Shown here one piece after another: positions 34,872 to 46,778 of a DNA stretch of 64,000 bases. The stretch spans positions 744,001 to 808,000 of the forward strand of contig OZ025787.1 in the NCBI GenBank assembly GCA_964019425.1, written 5' to 3'. Each line of letters starts with the position of its first letter. Within the stretch, counting starts at the first letter, position 1. The translations under genes and the position numbers were made by a program. The stretch comes from Flectonema sp. DT1601. Taxonomy: Eukaryota. The notes under the pieces are model-generated. The model ran no database searches and had not been told where the DNA came from. It saw only the letters and a list, made by a program, of their open reading frames with translations.

Positions 34872-36545
34872 CTAAGGATTGTTAATATAAAAACGACAAG
34901 GCTGAGAAGCAAACGTTGACGGAAACCTAGACATAACGTGAACAATAACAGAAAACATTAAAACCAAATAAAACCAAAAACATGTATCAACGACTCTAGG
35001 ATAATATTTGTGCAACAATTCGTATTCACCCAATTCGATAAAAACTGAAATAAATTTTCGAGTGTATCCCTTTTTCGCTAAAGCGTCCAGAGTCTGCCTA
35101 TCTCCGTAAAAAGCTGCCCAGTGAATAGTTTCTCTGAGAGGCCACTGGAACAACTCTAACACCTCAACAAATTGAACTGTTATTCGAGTGTTTTCATTAG
35201 GATATCCCCCTAGATGTGAATTGCTGATCGTCGCTCCTAGACCTACCAAGTATCCAACAATCTGAACAAGAATAGGAGAACTAGTTCTATGATCAAGAAC
35301 TACAACTATCGTCGGTGATCTTCTTATGATATCAAATCGTTCTTGAAGATTACATACTAAGAACTCAAGCTTTTCTTCAATTAAACAATCCTTGTCAGAT
35401 CCAAAAATACACCAACAGTGCAACAACATTCCACAATTATAACGAGAATCGGATTTCAATGAATCAAGTGAAGGTAATAAATCTTCATTCTCACTTGACC
35501 CTTCAACGTCTCTTAGATTATTGTCATAATAAGAATCAATTTTTTTAACTAAACTTAAATACCAAGCTTGATCAGCTTGGTTTAAACCTTGAATTTCGAT
35601 GTATTTTCTTGTGTTATCTTCTTCGCTTGAATTAGAACTTGACGAGGTCTCTACTGAAATTAATTCAATTGAGAGATCGTTTGCGCTGTCATCCAAGTTT
35701 ATAGTCTCAACGTGATCAACAGGAACTGTTCGGGATTCTTTGTATTTCTTATACTTCATTTGAGCTATTTTCATAGATGGACTTCCTAAGGTAAACGATA
35801 ACGGAAATATATTCGGTATCAACACAGACATAAACCAATAATTATACGTGTCGTACAATGCTACAACTGTTATCATATAAACTAAGATGGTTGCAAGAAC
35901 CTGACCGCGACCACCAAAAGGTGATCCTGCGACGCACCATCGAAGCCATGTTAAAGCTATTACTGGTAGAGCACTTGATTTTATTATTGCGGGATAGAAT
36001 CGAGTATGGTCTCTCGCATCATCCATCATTTCATCTAGTGTGAGGGATGAATTTTTAAAAGTACCTAACGACCCTTCAATAGCTGACCAATACCCCAAAC
36101 TGTAATGGTAACACTTGTATTGGCAAACACCTATTCCATCTGTGCTGTAAATCCCAGAGTACATTATTTCAGCTTCCATATTGTCAATATTTGTCTGACT
36201 TGGTTCTGGACAGTGACGTTCGATTGTACATTTGTTTACTTCAGATATCTGCGGCCATAAACTTGTTGTTACAGATGCTGATATATCTCTTGCATCTCTT
36301 CGATAAAAGTCAATTATTTTACGATCTTGTTGTTGTGGTATTGGTGTTGCTGTTGCGTTACACGGAGTGTCTTCAAATTCTACAACTGTAGCTCCATCGA
36401 TAATTCTTAGTATCGCAAACCACATCATAATACCAACACCTGACTTTATCATCGTGTAGGGAATTATGAATGCGCTCACAGACGTAATCGCCCAGACGAG
36501 AGCACATCCTGACTTCCATGTGTACGCCTTCCCACCACGAGCCAT
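34872..36545 (-). CDS. Hypothetical multi-pass membrane protein (~557 aa; start uncertain)
   Basis: 587-codon ORF; ATG 36545 follows an acceptor-like CAACAG. Several hydrophobic helices, a Cys-containing loop, and one ankyrin-like motif (TIHWAAFYGDRQTLDAL). Confidence 0.7.
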   Translation of the reverse strand: MARGGKAYTWKSGCALVWAITSVSAFIIPYTMIKSGVGIMMWFAILRIIDGATVVEFEDTPCNATATPIPQQQDRKIIDFYRRDARDISASVTTSLWPQISEVNKCTIERHCPEPSQTNIDNMEAEIMYSGIYSTDGIGVCQYKCYHYSLGYWSAIEGSLGTFKNSSLTLDEMMDDARDHTRFYPAIIKSSALPVIALTWLRWCVAGSPFGGRGQVLATILVYMITVVALYDTYNYWFMSVLIPNIFPLSFTLGSPSMKIAQMKYKKYKESRTVPVDHVETINLDDSANDLSIELISVETSSSSNSSEEDNTRKYIEIQGLNQADQAWYLSLVKKIDSYYDNNLRDVEGSSENEDLLPSLDSLKSDSRYNCGMLLHCWCIFGSDKDCLIEEKLEFLVCNLQERFDIIRRSPTIVVVLDHRTSSPILVQIVGYLVGLGATISNSHLGGYPNENTRITVQFVEVLELFQWPLRETIHWAAFYGDRQTLDALAKKGYTRKFISVFIELGEYELLHKYYPRVVDTCFWFYLVLMFSVIVHVMSRFPSTFASQPCRFYINNP

Positions 36546-37126
36546 ACTGATCTGTTGGGAGGATAATAAAAACATAATATTCTGGTAGTTAAGGTAAACC
36601 TGAATGCCTGATTGCTTTTTTAACCTGCGAAACAATTACTCACTTATTAGGTACCACAGACAACAATAAAAAGGAATATCAGAAAGGGAGTGATCTATAT
36701 CTAATTTTGAAAAAAAAATAAAAAAAAAAATTGCTATCACTGAATGATAGCGTTTTCATCTAATAAAAAAAAAAAAAAAAAAAAAAAAAGCAGTAATAGT
36801 GATGGATGCCAACGAAACAATGAAAGTCACTGACGATTTTTCAAAAACTAAAACTGATATAAATTAATAAAAATAAAAAAACAACTGAGAGGAGGTAATC
36901 TATGACAATGAAGAATAAAAATAATTTCATTCACATGTCGCGTGTTCTTTGTTTATTTTTTGACAAAACGGGAGAAAATAATAAAAATAATTCTAACAAT
37001 AAAAAGTGTGTTTAAGTTTCTAACAAAGACTAACAAGGATGCTCTAAAGGACTATTTTTTTTTACGTAGTTTTCGTCTCTAATATAATTAAACCAGTAAT
37101 CAAATAAGTCGAGTGTTCCCTTTGAG

Positions 37127-38243
37127 TTAGTTCTTCTTCACGTAGTAGTAAAGTCCAAGAGGTGGTCTAATTAAGGGCTCAAGGGTCGCAATCTTTCTCA
37201 TCGCATCCTGAAGTGGTATTTTTTTGTAAACAAGTGGAAGACCCAATTCGTACACTTCTACTGCGCATCCAGGAACTTTTGAGTAGTGACGCAAATATCT
37301 TGGTACTGATACTACTTTACTACAACTTTCCACAGCTCCGCGAATTACTTGAGCAACGCCGAGAAGGGTTTTGTCAGTTGTACTGTTTTAGGATAGTTTT
37401 GTTAAACGTTGTTATTAAAATAAGATAAAATAAAAAAACAGCAACATACTTCAAAACACCAGTAAAGTCTTCCACCATGAGTGCATTCTGTTGATTATAT
37501 TTACAACAGTTTGGTGTGTTCTCAACAATCATTACTTTATCCATTGATCTTCCTAATAGAGTTAAGTCTTTCGTGTGAGTACCATCTGTAAACCATTTCT
37601 GATTACGATAAATAACATGATGAAAGAACTCACCCTTTGGATCCATTTGCTGAAGAACTGGTCGACCAGTTTCTTCAGTTGAAGCCGTCCAGAGAACAAT
37701 TTCAACGCGATCTTTAATTGACTTTAATAAATGAGTTAAGTATGGTCTTGGAATAGCTGTAGCAACACCAGGTCTTCTGTTTGATACAAGTGTCTCATCA
37801 AGGTCGAATATAATAGTTAGCTTTCCGCTAAGAGCTGGACTTTGTGGAGGTAATAAATATTTTGATGATAATTGATGAACAGCTAATGGTACAGGAGAAA
37901 CATATCCGTATCTCTCACGATAACGATGATCGCTACGATTACTTCCAGCAGATGACGTTGCTCCAGGTGTTATTTCAGCTACAGAGCCGGGACTTGAACC
38001 TGGAGTTCTGTAGCCACCTGAAGAGTTCGGAGTTCCTTCTTTTGGTGTTAAAAACCCTCCTCTTGGAGTTGCTTTTGGTGTTACAACCGGCCCACCAGTA
38101 GGCGCCCTACCCAATCTCACCGCTCGTGCCTTGTCAGGAACTCCTCTCATTGCTGCAGGAGGATGACAAATATTCGGATCGAGATTCGCAAATACCGCGC
38201 GCTGCTGATGTCCTGGAGATGATCTTCTGGTAGGCGGGTTCAT
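37127..38243 (-). CDS. FCP1/SCP (NIF) family HAD phosphatase, 349 aa
   Basis: IFDLDETLV (DxDxT), RPYL, EIVLWTAS, KDLTLLGRSMDKVMIVENTP. Exons 37450-38243 and 37127-37382 join in frame. Confidence 0.92.
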
Positions 38244-38852
38244 ATTTAAAAGTGGAGGAAACTAATGAAATGAATATGCTTGTGAGATAAAATAACTTTA
38301 CTTCATAACCTGCTTACTTTCGTATTATAAACTTCTTGTGAATCTAATTTAATGAAAACAGAATTATTGAAGTCAATATCAAAGACAATAACGTAACCTC
38401 ACAACAACTAACGTAAGAAGCTGCCCGTCGAATAACAGGTCGAACAAAACAAATCAAAACAATCCCAGCTATCACATCAGAGAGTTAGTGTGTTATTCCA
38501 ATGAGTAGGATATATAAAAAAAAACGTGCAAAATGAAAAATGAAAATTTTCGGAGATAATAAATTGTCGCCGTTGGCAATTACGCACAACTCATATCATC
38601 GGATTGGATTCTCGGAATGGAAGCTACCTCCATTCGTATTCTCCAGAACTCATTGTTGGTAATTACACTCAACATCTCTTGCGGAGTTCTGTAGTTTCTA
38701 ACTCAGCAACTCTTCGTGTATATAACTTGCACACGTTATTAGTTGTCTGTAAGGTAGGAATCCTACGAATGAATATTTTACAATACAATTAGACTACAAA
38801 AGAAAGTAATAAATAACAACACATCAATGTCCTACTCATACTAACTGGAAAA

Positions 38853-41800
38853 CTATTTTTTGAATATCAACGATTGTTGTTGTTGTTGTTGTTGTTGCGT
38901 TCCATTCAACTGACGAGGTAGTTGTTGTGACTCCTGTCTGGCCCATCCATGTATCTTCATAGTTCCTCTTGTTGGTGTTAAGTTACAACTCTCAGCAGCA
39001 GACGAATCAGGAATACTGAGGATTGGAGTAATGATTTGTTGTGAATTTTGAGTATTTATATTCACTTGAATTGCCTTAACTGGTGATATTATTTCACCCT
39101 CCTGGTGTTGTTGTGATTCAACAGGTCTAATAGATCTCTTGGGTGTTAATACATCGACCTCAGATAGAGAACAAGGAGAGTCAGCTTCACTATTAACAAT
39201 CTGTGATCCAATGCGTTGTTGTGGATAGAATTCAAAGGGACGTTTGGTCAGATTATTGAAACGAAGATCATTCGAATAGAAGAAATGATTTAATTCTTTT
39301 CGTAACATTTGATGATTATCACCTCGAACAGGTCTTCCTTGACATACCCAAGTTGGATAGTAAAGAGAGAAGTCTTCATTATAACGACTGTCACAAAATA
39401 TGATAGCTCCGTAATCAGAAATACTTCGAATGCATCTGCCAAGAGCTTGGTTTGCAGCTCGAAGAGCATCAGACTCGTACCAATTCGAGTTACTGTGTCG
39501 TTCGTATATTATTTTCTGTCTAGAGTACGTATCGTATGCTCGAAATGGAACACCGATTATAAATACAACTCTTGCTACGTCATTTGGGAAGTTGTGTCCC
39601 TCAGAAAGTGATCCCCTGAACACCGCAAGGCATAAAACACGTTCTCCCTTTTTAGAAAGTGTGAAATAATCGTCACATCTACCACCATCTTCTTCTTTAA
39701 AAATTTTATAATCTTTGAAGGGTCGGTCGATGTCGGTCATTTGTTTTTCTTTGAAGACTTTGTAACATTTATCTTTATCAAACTTTGAAGGCAAGAACAC
39801 TAACACTCCACCAGGTACACTCGCCTCAAGAGTTTTTGCAATTGTCATCGCTAAGTAGTTGTAGTATTGTTGATTTCTGTTTTCACTTTTCCCGTTTAAT
39901 AATCGACCACTTGGTATGAATTTTGTTAACACTCGACACATTATTTGAGTTTGATCAATAACATGATTACATCTCAATTGATATTTAAAAGGCTGACCTA
40001 ACTGTGACTCTGTATGTTTCAATGGTGCAAGTGTTCCTGAAGCAAGAATCAACGACTTCTTTACCCCATTACAGCTGGATAGATCCTCCATACCTAACTT
40101 TGGTGTCAAACACATTAACTGAATAAAGAATTCAGGAGGTATTTTTGTTTTTGTTTTCGCTGCTTGAAGTACGTCTTTAAAATGAGTGTCTAGATCTGTT
40201 CTTGAAGTTGAATAAAGTCCATATAAGAATGAAGAAATAATTCCTAAATGCCAGGTGGTGATGCCAGCAGAGCCAATCACTTCCATCGTGCGGAGGAGGA
40301 TTTGAACATCGTTTGATATGAGTTTGTCTAATTTGCGATCTCCGCAACCGAACTCTTTGACGTCGTATGGTCCGAAATTAGAATCCACAGCGACATCTTC
40401 ATCTACAGTTGTACTCGTCTGACTTTTAGATTGATCATCAGCATGAAATAAAGTTTGCATTGTACATGTTAACGAATCTTGAGTACTCTGTGACACCATT
40501 GGTGTTATATTTACTTCATAACTCCTGTAAGCTGCTCTCTTACTGTACGAAACATACATCTCTTCGCTGTGCCCAAGTAACCAAGGAAGTCTATCGAGTG
40601 CTTTGGTTCCGGGTCTTACTTCGTCGTTATTTTGAGGTTCTGTTATACTTTTTACTATTTGGAATCGAGAATGTAAGGTTTTGATGATTTTCTGAGCAGC
40701 TTGATAAGTCAACCTATAACACTTGAGTTGAGTGTATATCTGTTGAATACTGTCAGGCATCTTACGGAGTGTGAGTGGATTCAATTCAACTTCCGCGATG
40801 CTACTTTCTTGTGATGAAGCAGAAGCAGCATCGACATACTGACCACCTGAGTCACTGTTTACCGGGATTGATTTGTCAAGAGGAGCAGGTACAGTAGCTG
40901 GTTTATTATTATTATTATCATCTGATGTATTCTTTGGTTCTGGATATTTCTGATCCATCGTATTTATTCTAAAAACAGTTCTAATGTAAGCATCACTTAA
41001 GTTCTTCTCTGCTTCATTTAATGTTTCAGCTGTTATTTTATATGTGTACTTCTCTTCTATACTTGAACTGAAGTTGTGTGCTTCATCGATAATTAGGATT
41101 GGAGCTGAATTCTCAGTAAATAGATCTCTCAATGGTTGAAAACCAAATAAATAATTATAAGGTGATAATATTACGTCAGCTCTACTAGCCTTTCCTAAGG
41201 AGTAGTAATAAGGACAGAAGTGTTGCTTTCGTCCTAAGGCTTGGAGTGCTTCAATATCTGTAATAGAATTAGCATCACTTTCACAATAAGGATCTCCATT
41301 ATAGTAAGTACAAGATATTTTATTATATGGAGGATCGAGTGATCTCTTATTCTGTCGGCGTGAAGCACAAGCCGCATCAATTCCCTCAGGAGCTGAACGC
41401 GCTGACTCGTTGACACAATACCGAGTTCTCGCAGCCAAATGTGTGACTGAAGCTCCGCTGTACTCCGTCTTAAGAAGTTCTTCATGAACTTGTTTTAATT
41501 GAGTGTGAGTACGTGACATGTACATCAATAATGGTTTCTTTGGAATCTCTGGTTGTCGTTTCTTAAGTCGTCTTTCTCCTATAGTAATGTGTTTCCTCTT
41601 TTTCTTTCCCATCTGCTGCTGGCTGCTACTCGATTCGTCTGTTGGCGGATATGAAGAATTCGAATCTTCGCTGCGGGTATTTCGATTGTTGAGATTGCTA
41701 GTGTTAGTCGCTTGGGGTTCAATTTGACTTTTTCCGAACAAGTCTTGAGACAGATCACTGCGTGCTTCAGGTGACTGCTGTCGGTTGTTTGTAGTTGCAG

Positions 41801-42155
41801 ACTTGCTCTGAGTTAGCAGATCAGACTGTTGTTTATGAGGTTTACAGGGAGATGACAATGGAGACTCGGTGACAGTGGAGGTGATATCGCTGTCATCTGA
41901 ATCGGATAGCTGCAGCAGGTTATCTAATTCGATTTGGGCTTCGATTGCTTTGATCTCTGCCTTCACACTTACAGACCAACCCATCGCAGCCGAAAGCAGA
42001 GCGAGTGTCTTCCCTGTTCCAGTTGGTGACTCAACCAATGCGTTAGCCTTATCTCTTAACGTCCCCACAACTGTTTTCATCACTTCCATCTGCGGTTCAT
42101 ACGGCTGGGAGTGCGGAAACAGTACAGTCGTGCCATCAAAAGAAAACGAACTCAT
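38853..42155 (-). CDS. XPD-family Fe-S DEAH DNA helicase, FANCJ/RTEL1-like, 1100 aa
   Basis: FPHSQPYEPQ, ESPTGTGKTL, YMSRTHTQLKQ, four Fe-S cysteines (YCVN, AAC, SCTYY, FCPYY), IIDEAHN, SGTLAP, GVLVFLPS, RGSLSEG, NQALGRCIR. Confidence 0.92.
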   Translation of the reverse strand: MSSFSFDGTTVLFPHSQPYEPQMEVMKTVVGTLRDKANALVESPTGTGKTLALLSAAMGWSVSVKAEIKAIEAQIELDNLLQLSDSDDSDITSTVTESPLSSPCKPHKQQSDLLTQSKSATTNNRQQSPEARSDLSQDLFGKSQIEPQATNTSNLNNRNTRSEDSNSSYPPTDESSSSQQQMGKKKRKHITIGERRLKKRQPEIPKKPLLMYMSRTHTQLKQVHEELLKTEYSGASVTHLAARTRYCVNESARSAPEGIDAACASRRQNKRSLDPPYNKISCTYYNGDPYCESDANSITDIEALQALGRKQHFCPYYYSLGKASRADVILSPYNYLFGFQPLRDLFTENSAPILIIDEAHNFSSSIEEKYTYKITAETLNEAEKNLSDAYIRTVFRINTMDQKYPEPKNTSDDNNNNKPATVPAPLDKSIPVNSDSGGQYVDAASASSQESSIAEVELNPLTLRKMPDSIQQIYTQLKCYRLTYQAAQKIIKTLHSRFQIVKSITEPQNNDEVRPGTKALDRLPWLLGHSEEMYVSYSKRAAYRSYEVNITPMVSQSTQDSLTCTMQTLFHADDQSKSQTSTTVDEDVAVDSNFGPYDVKEFGCGDRKLDKLISNDVQILLRTMEVIGSAGITTWHLGIISSFLYGLYSTSRTDLDTHFKDVLQAAKTKTKIPPEFFIQLMCLTPKLGMEDLSSCNGVKKSLILASGTLAPLKHTESQLGQPFKYQLRCNHVIDQTQIMCRVLTKFIPSGRLLNGKSENRNQQYYNYLAMTIAKTLEASVPGGVLVFLPSKFDKDKCYKVFKEKQMTDIDRPFKDYKIFKEEDGGRCDDYFTLSKKGERVLCLAVFRGSLSEGHNFPNDVARVVFIIGVPFRAYDTYSRQKIIYERHSNSNWYESDALRAANQALGRCIRSISDYGAIIFCDSRYNEDFSLYYPTWVCQGRPVRGDNHQMLRKELNHFFYSNDLRFNNLTKRPFEFYPQQRIGSQIVNSEADSPCSLSEVDVLTPKRSIRPVESQQHQEGEIISPVKAIQVNINTQNSQQIITPILSIPDSSAAESCNLTPTRGTMKIHGWARQESQQLPRQLNGTQQQQQQQQSLIFKK

Positions 42156-42453
42156 CTTTCAGTCGAACATGTCTTCTTTGTTTGATTCCTTCCCAAAAAG
42201 TTTGGACACGGAAGGAGGGGACTGGCTAATATATTTGTAAAGAGCTAATTCCCACATTCACTTCAACTCTCTGCCTTCAGAACTTTAATAGGAACTCAAA
42301 GGCACACATGACAAGAATGCCGTTGAAACTTCTCACTTTTGAGAACTTAAGAAAAAGAAAAATTTACAACCCCTCGATTGAATGTGATCGACTGGTCATC
42401 TCGCTGACCTCGTAGTCTGTTGATCGTAACAACCACCTTGCAGGGTATGACTC

Positions 42454-42921
42454 TCACCTTCCGCTCAGTAAAGATTTCTGCACTCCTCGTATCGCAATAA
42501 TTATTAAAATTGTGAGCTCTGGGAAAGACAACTCACTTCCAAATGACAACGGACGCAGTGAGTTCCACTCCGATGGGATGGTTACATTTAAAACTGAATA
42601 AGTAGAAAGATAGCAGCAAATGATAATTGGGATTATAAACTCAAGAAGTACACCAACAACAGTTGGTAATGATATTCTAATTGATGAATACGTTAGCTCA
42701 TCTAGTTCAAGCTGTTTGACTGCAACTTTCCTCTCACAGAGAGAGTACTTGGCAAATGTAGACGGAGTGTTGTACTGTTCTGCGTCTGCTTTTAGTTCCG
42801 AGATGTGTTCCCGAAGTGAACATCTAACAGGAAATAATATTTTCTCACAATAAGTTCCCCATACTCGTGCTGACACATGCCCGACGACACAGACAGCAGC
42901 GAGTATTGAAGCTGGTTCCAT
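42454..42921 (-). CDS. GET1: GET1/WRB (CHD5-domain)-like tail-anchored protein insertase subunit, ~155 aa
   Basis: N-terminal TM, coiled coil with YNTPSTFAKYSLCERK (matches the S..D/TFAKY.K..R signature), then two hydrophobic segments. Start at ATG 42921. Confidence 0.65.
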   Translation of the reverse strand: MEPASILAAVCVVGHVSARVWGTYCEKILFPVRCSLREHISELKADAEQYNTPSTFAKYSLCERKVAVKQLELDELTYSSIRISLPTVVGVLLEFIIPIIICCYLSTYSVLNVTIPSEWNSLRPLSFGSELSFPELTILIIIAIRGVQKSLLSGR

Positions 42922-43281
42922 TTGTTCGTATTGGTTCGTCCCTTTAGTTAAAAAGTAGAAAATTAAAATCAGGTTGGAATCTCTTGTTCTCGTCGCTTGG
43001 GTTTTATATTCTTTTTTAAATCGCAACCTATTTTTTAATGAATTGCAATAAAACTGCCATCATCGGCTTCATAGAAACCAGCTAAATAACAAAACACAAA
43101 ACGTGTTCACTCCTTCGCTGTATTGTAAGAGTAGGTGTTGGTTACACACTATTGAAAGAGGCTGAAATAACCTTTTGTAGATGCTTGATGTTGCTCAACG
43201 GGATAGGAGTTGTGCGAGTTGTAACAAATCGATACTAAATAATATGATAAAAGAGTCTAACTGGATTGATCTAATTAATAT

Positions 43282-44451
43282 CTAATCTTCTTCAGAAGAA
43301 GAGTAACCGAGACCTAATCCAGTCGGAGCTTCCGGTGTCGGTGTCGGTGCCTCAACCGTGTTGCTACTCGACAGACTTTTTAGCATAGCGGCCATTCCTC
43401 CCTGTGCTGGCTGCTTCTTTTTTACTCCAACAGAATCAGATATGCGAGAGAATCCCTCGGCGGTATCAATTTTTGGTCTTTTTTTTACTTCTTTTGTCGC
43501 ATCTTCGCGAAGTCGTTTTACTTCCGCTGCCTTCGCTTCTTCTTCGATCCGTTTGGCTTCCTCTGCGGCAGCTTGTTGTTGCTGTTGATCTTGTTCTCGT
43601 GCAAGACGAGTTGCTTTGATACTTTCTAATAAAGAAGAACTCGCTTTATCTGTGTACGTTGCAACATGTTGAGAGTTGTCATTATTAATCTTATTAGTCT
43701 TATCTCCAGTGTTGATAACGGAAGTGAATTTAGAGTAAGAATCGTATCCAGTGAATTTCCCTTTTTCATTAATAAGATCACAATTATCCATTAGTTCTTG
43801 ACGGGAGATTCCTTCTTCTTCTTTTTCAGAGTCAGCGATCCAATTGTTGACGTCGGTTACGGTTGTTAACTCTGACAGGTACTCTGTGGCCTTCTCAGCA
43901 GTAGTTTCGGCATCCCATGAGTTCTCTCTCATGCGTGACAGCATTACTTTCTTTGCTTCAGACATTACGCATCCCATTATTTGAATTTTGTTAGCTTCGT
44001 GGGCTTCGTTGTACATTTTAGCGCGAGCTATCTGAGCCTCTTGGACAACCTCACTGTTAATCTTCTTATAATCAGCATCTATTACTTTACGTCTTTCTTT
44101 CAATGCTTCAAATGAGAAGACGCCCTGAACTTTACTTCCTCTCTGTAAGTCGTATCCCCTTCGGCTGGTTGGGTCCAAGAGGACCTTTTTTGCCAATGCT
44201 AATTTCTCAAAAGCTTCTTTATAAAGTTCAGAATGGTCACTGTTGCTGTGCTTATCTGGATGAACTTTTAAAGCTCTGGCTCTGTATGCCTGCGATATTT
44301 CGTTGTCTTTAGCCTTTTCAGAAACACCCAACAAATCATAATAATTGTTATTGTTTGCTACGGCTTTGAGTTGTTCAGGAGAGAAGTCAGCGACTTCTTC
44401 TATCACAACTTCACTCTTCCTGTTGGTTTCATCTTCAGCTAGAAGCGACAT
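43282..44451 (-). CDS. J-domain (DnaJ/Hsp40 type C) protein, ~389 aa
   Basis: NYYDLLGV..EISQAYRARALKVHPDK..EAFEKL..VLLDP..RRGYD with intact HPD; C-terminal GLGLGYSSSEED. Confidence 0.9.
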   Translation of the reverse strand: MSLLAEDETNRKSEVVIEEVADFSPEQLKAVANNNNYYDLLGVSEKAKDNEISQAYRARALKVHPDKHSNSDHSELYKEAFEKLALAKKVLLDPTSRRGYDLQRGSKVQGVFSFEALKERRKVIDADYKKINSEVVQEAQIARAKMYNEAHEANKIQIMGCVMSEAKKVMLSRMRENSWDAETTAEKATEYLSELTTVTDVNNWIADSEKEEEGISRQELMDNCDLINEKGKFTGYDSYSKFTSVINTGDKTNKINNDNSQHVATYTDKASSSLLESIKATRLAREQDQQQQQAAAEEAKRIEEEAKAAEVKRLREDATKEVKKRPKIDTAEGFSRISDSVGVKKKQPAQGGMAAMLKSLSSSNTVEAPTPTPEAPTGLGLGYSSSEED

Positions 44452-44765
44452 GTTGTAATGATGTACTTTCTTATTAATTCCAACTGTTTTAGAGAAAAAT
44501 AGTTTTAACGAACCCAACAGTACACAGTAAGAAGATTTAGTGTTGACAACTGTATAATAAGAATAAGTGAAGTAATATATCTGAACTACGACGTCATAAA
44601 ATCGCCTGATTTGGTGTCTGAGGGATGCACAGACACGAAAGCGGTTTGCCCAAAAGAAGGGACTCCAACTTTATAAGTTCGCTAAATGCGTTAAGTGAGT
44701 GCCTGCTCACTATTGTTGATTATTTCTTTCTTTAGATCACAAGGAGTGCCACGCGTTGGATAGGC

Positions 44766-46778
44766 TCAGACACCGTCAGCAGTGTACGTGTACTTGGCGG
44801 ACATCTCCGTGTGAAACTTCTTATTTTTCCGTTTCTGCTGCGCCATTCCGACCTCTTTGCCTTTCCCTCTCTTCAGCTGATTGCTAAGGTACTCGTTAAA
44901 CATTCCATCATCTCTCTTTCTTTTCATGTCTTCTGTACGGTACTTCTTCTCTTCTTCGGACATATTCTTCCAATCGAGTTTGCCACGGGGTTTCTTTCCT
45001 TTAGCATTCTTACGACGAAGTACAGAGACGAGATCCTCTTTAATTAGAGTGAAAGCTGCCTGTTCGTTGATAGAGTGGCGAAGAGCTTCTTCAAAACGAC
45101 GCTCTGATAAAATAGTTCCCGAGAGTTCCTCTCTGTTGGCTCCAATCTGAAAACAGGCTACAGCGTCTTCGAAGTGTTTTTCAGAAATGTCAGGATCAGT
45201 TTCCTTTTTACGACCTGCGGCTTTTATTAAAATATTTCCCTTTTGCCAGAGTGTATCCAAATCGTTTGGTAGCATCTCCTGAGCAGCGTTCAAGTCTTCG
45301 AGTGCTTTCGGAAAGCGACCCAACTTACTCCAACAGATTCCTCTTTTTAGAATCAACTTATGAATCTTCTCTTTCTTTAAAGCTGTCGTGTAGTGACCAA
45401 GAGCTCCTCGGTAGTCACCAGCATCATATTTACGGTCTCCCAACACTTCAGGTTCTTCAACCAAAACAAGCTGCTGCTTCTTTGGTTCGACGACGACCAA
45501 GTCTAGTAAAGGATTCTTAGCTCTTTCTTCCTCAGCTTCTTTTGTTTCTTTAATGTTTGTTATTTTCTTTTCAATCTCAAGAACTCGGTTCATGTATTCT
45601 TCATTCTCAGGATCCAGTTCAACAGCGTCTAAGTAAGATTTGATTGCACCCTGTAACCTCTTAATGTCCCCTGACGAAGCTGCTAAACTATAAATAGCAT
45701 GTGCCTTCCTGGCATGACCTTTTGGAAATTCCGGTTGAAGAGAAATGCACTGCTGAGCGTCCGACAAACTAGAACTGAAGTCACCTACAGAAGCAAAAGC
45801 AGCAGATCGATTACTGAATAGGATGTAATGAGTCGGGTCTGCAGTGATCCCAAGTGTGTATTCAGAGATAGCTTCTGATAGATTATTTTGTTTTAATGCA
45901 TTGTTTCCTAATCTCTTATGACCTTCAGCAATAGTGTAAGGGCTGTTGGGGTTTTCTGATTGGGTCTGTTCGAAGTCAATCTCATCACTGAGTTTGAGAA
46001 TAATATTCTTAACGTCTTCCATTGTTGATATTTCATCACCAGTACAATTAGCCATGCATTCAGTATAGGCGGCTCTTGCTAGACGTAAGTCTTTAAGAGC
46101 CCAGAGACATGCTCCTCTTCTTGAATAACCGCGAGACCAATTCGGTCGCAGCTCAATTGCTTTGTCGGAATCTTCGAGAGCTGCCTTCGGATCTTCGAGA
46201 AGTAATTTCACAGCTGCGAGATTACTGTATAGAGTTCCCTTTTTTTCTAAATCCCTTTGATATGTGAGAGCTTCTTCATACTTCGCAACTGCTTCTTGTA
46301 ATTTACCGTCTTTCTTTAAGTTGTTACCTTGTTGTTGAAGAGTTGCAGCCTTCTTAACATCTTCTTGATTAGCGTCGAGTAATTCTTGTTTCTTCTTTTC
46401 AATTTTTATTGTAAGCGCCTCTACCGCTACCTTCACTGGCTGACTGTTGGGATCCATTCTCAATGACTTTGTGTATAGTTGGAGAGCCTCGGCGTCTCTT
46501 TCAAGTCCCTGAAAAGCTGCTGCCTTTCTTGAATATCCTTTAGCCCAGTCAGGGTTTATTTCTATCACTTCATTTGCGTCGTCTAAGGCGCGTTCAAATT
46601 TCCCCATCTTGCAGTACGCACCACTTCTGTTTGAGTACAAAATATGATTCTTCTCATCCAGTTCGATTCCCATCGAGAACATTGCTATAGCCTCTTCCAT
46701 CCTACCTTCTTGAAATGCTTCATTTCCACCCTTCTTGTAGTCGGCAACTAACCGAGCTGACTCTTCAGGATCCATCAT
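44766..46778 (-). CDS. TPR co-chaperone-like protein (STI1/HOP-type TPR triplets), ~670 aa
   Basis: Repeated K..GN.A...A...Y..I..DP.NHILYSNRS.A and P.W.KGYSRK motifs in several TPR clusters; basic C-terminus. Confidence 0.85.
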   Translation of the reverse strand: MMDPEESARLVADYKKGGNEAFQEGRMEEAIAMFSMGIELDEKNHILYSNRSGAYCKMGKFERALDDANEVIEINPDWAKGYSRKAAAFQGLERDAEALQLYTKSLRMDPNSQPVKVAVEALTIKIEKKKQELLDANQEDVKKAATLQQQGNNLKKDGKLQEAVAKYEEALTYQRDLEKKGTLYSNLAAVKLLLEDPKAALEDSDKAIELRPNWSRGYSRRGACLWALKDLRLARAAYTECMANCTGDEISTMEDVKNIILKLSDEIDFEQTQSENPNSPYTIAEGHKRLGNNALKQNNLSEAISEYTLGITADPTHYILFSNRSAAFASVGDFSSSLSDAQQCISLQPEFPKGHARKAHAIYSLAASSGDIKRLQGAIKSYLDAVELDPENEEYMNRVLEIEKKITNIKETKEAEEERAKNPLLDLVVVEPKKQQLVLVEEPEVLGDRKYDAGDYRGALGHYTTALKKEKIHKLILKRGICWSKLGRFPKALEDLNAAQEMLPNDLDTLWQKGNILIKAAGRKKETDPDISEKHFEDAVACFQIGANREELSGTILSERRFEEALRHSINEQAAFTLIKEDLVSVLRRKNAKGKKPRGKLDWKNMSEEEKKYRTEDMKRKRDDGMFNEYLSNQLKRGKGKEVGMAQQKRKNKKFHTEMSAKYTYTADGV

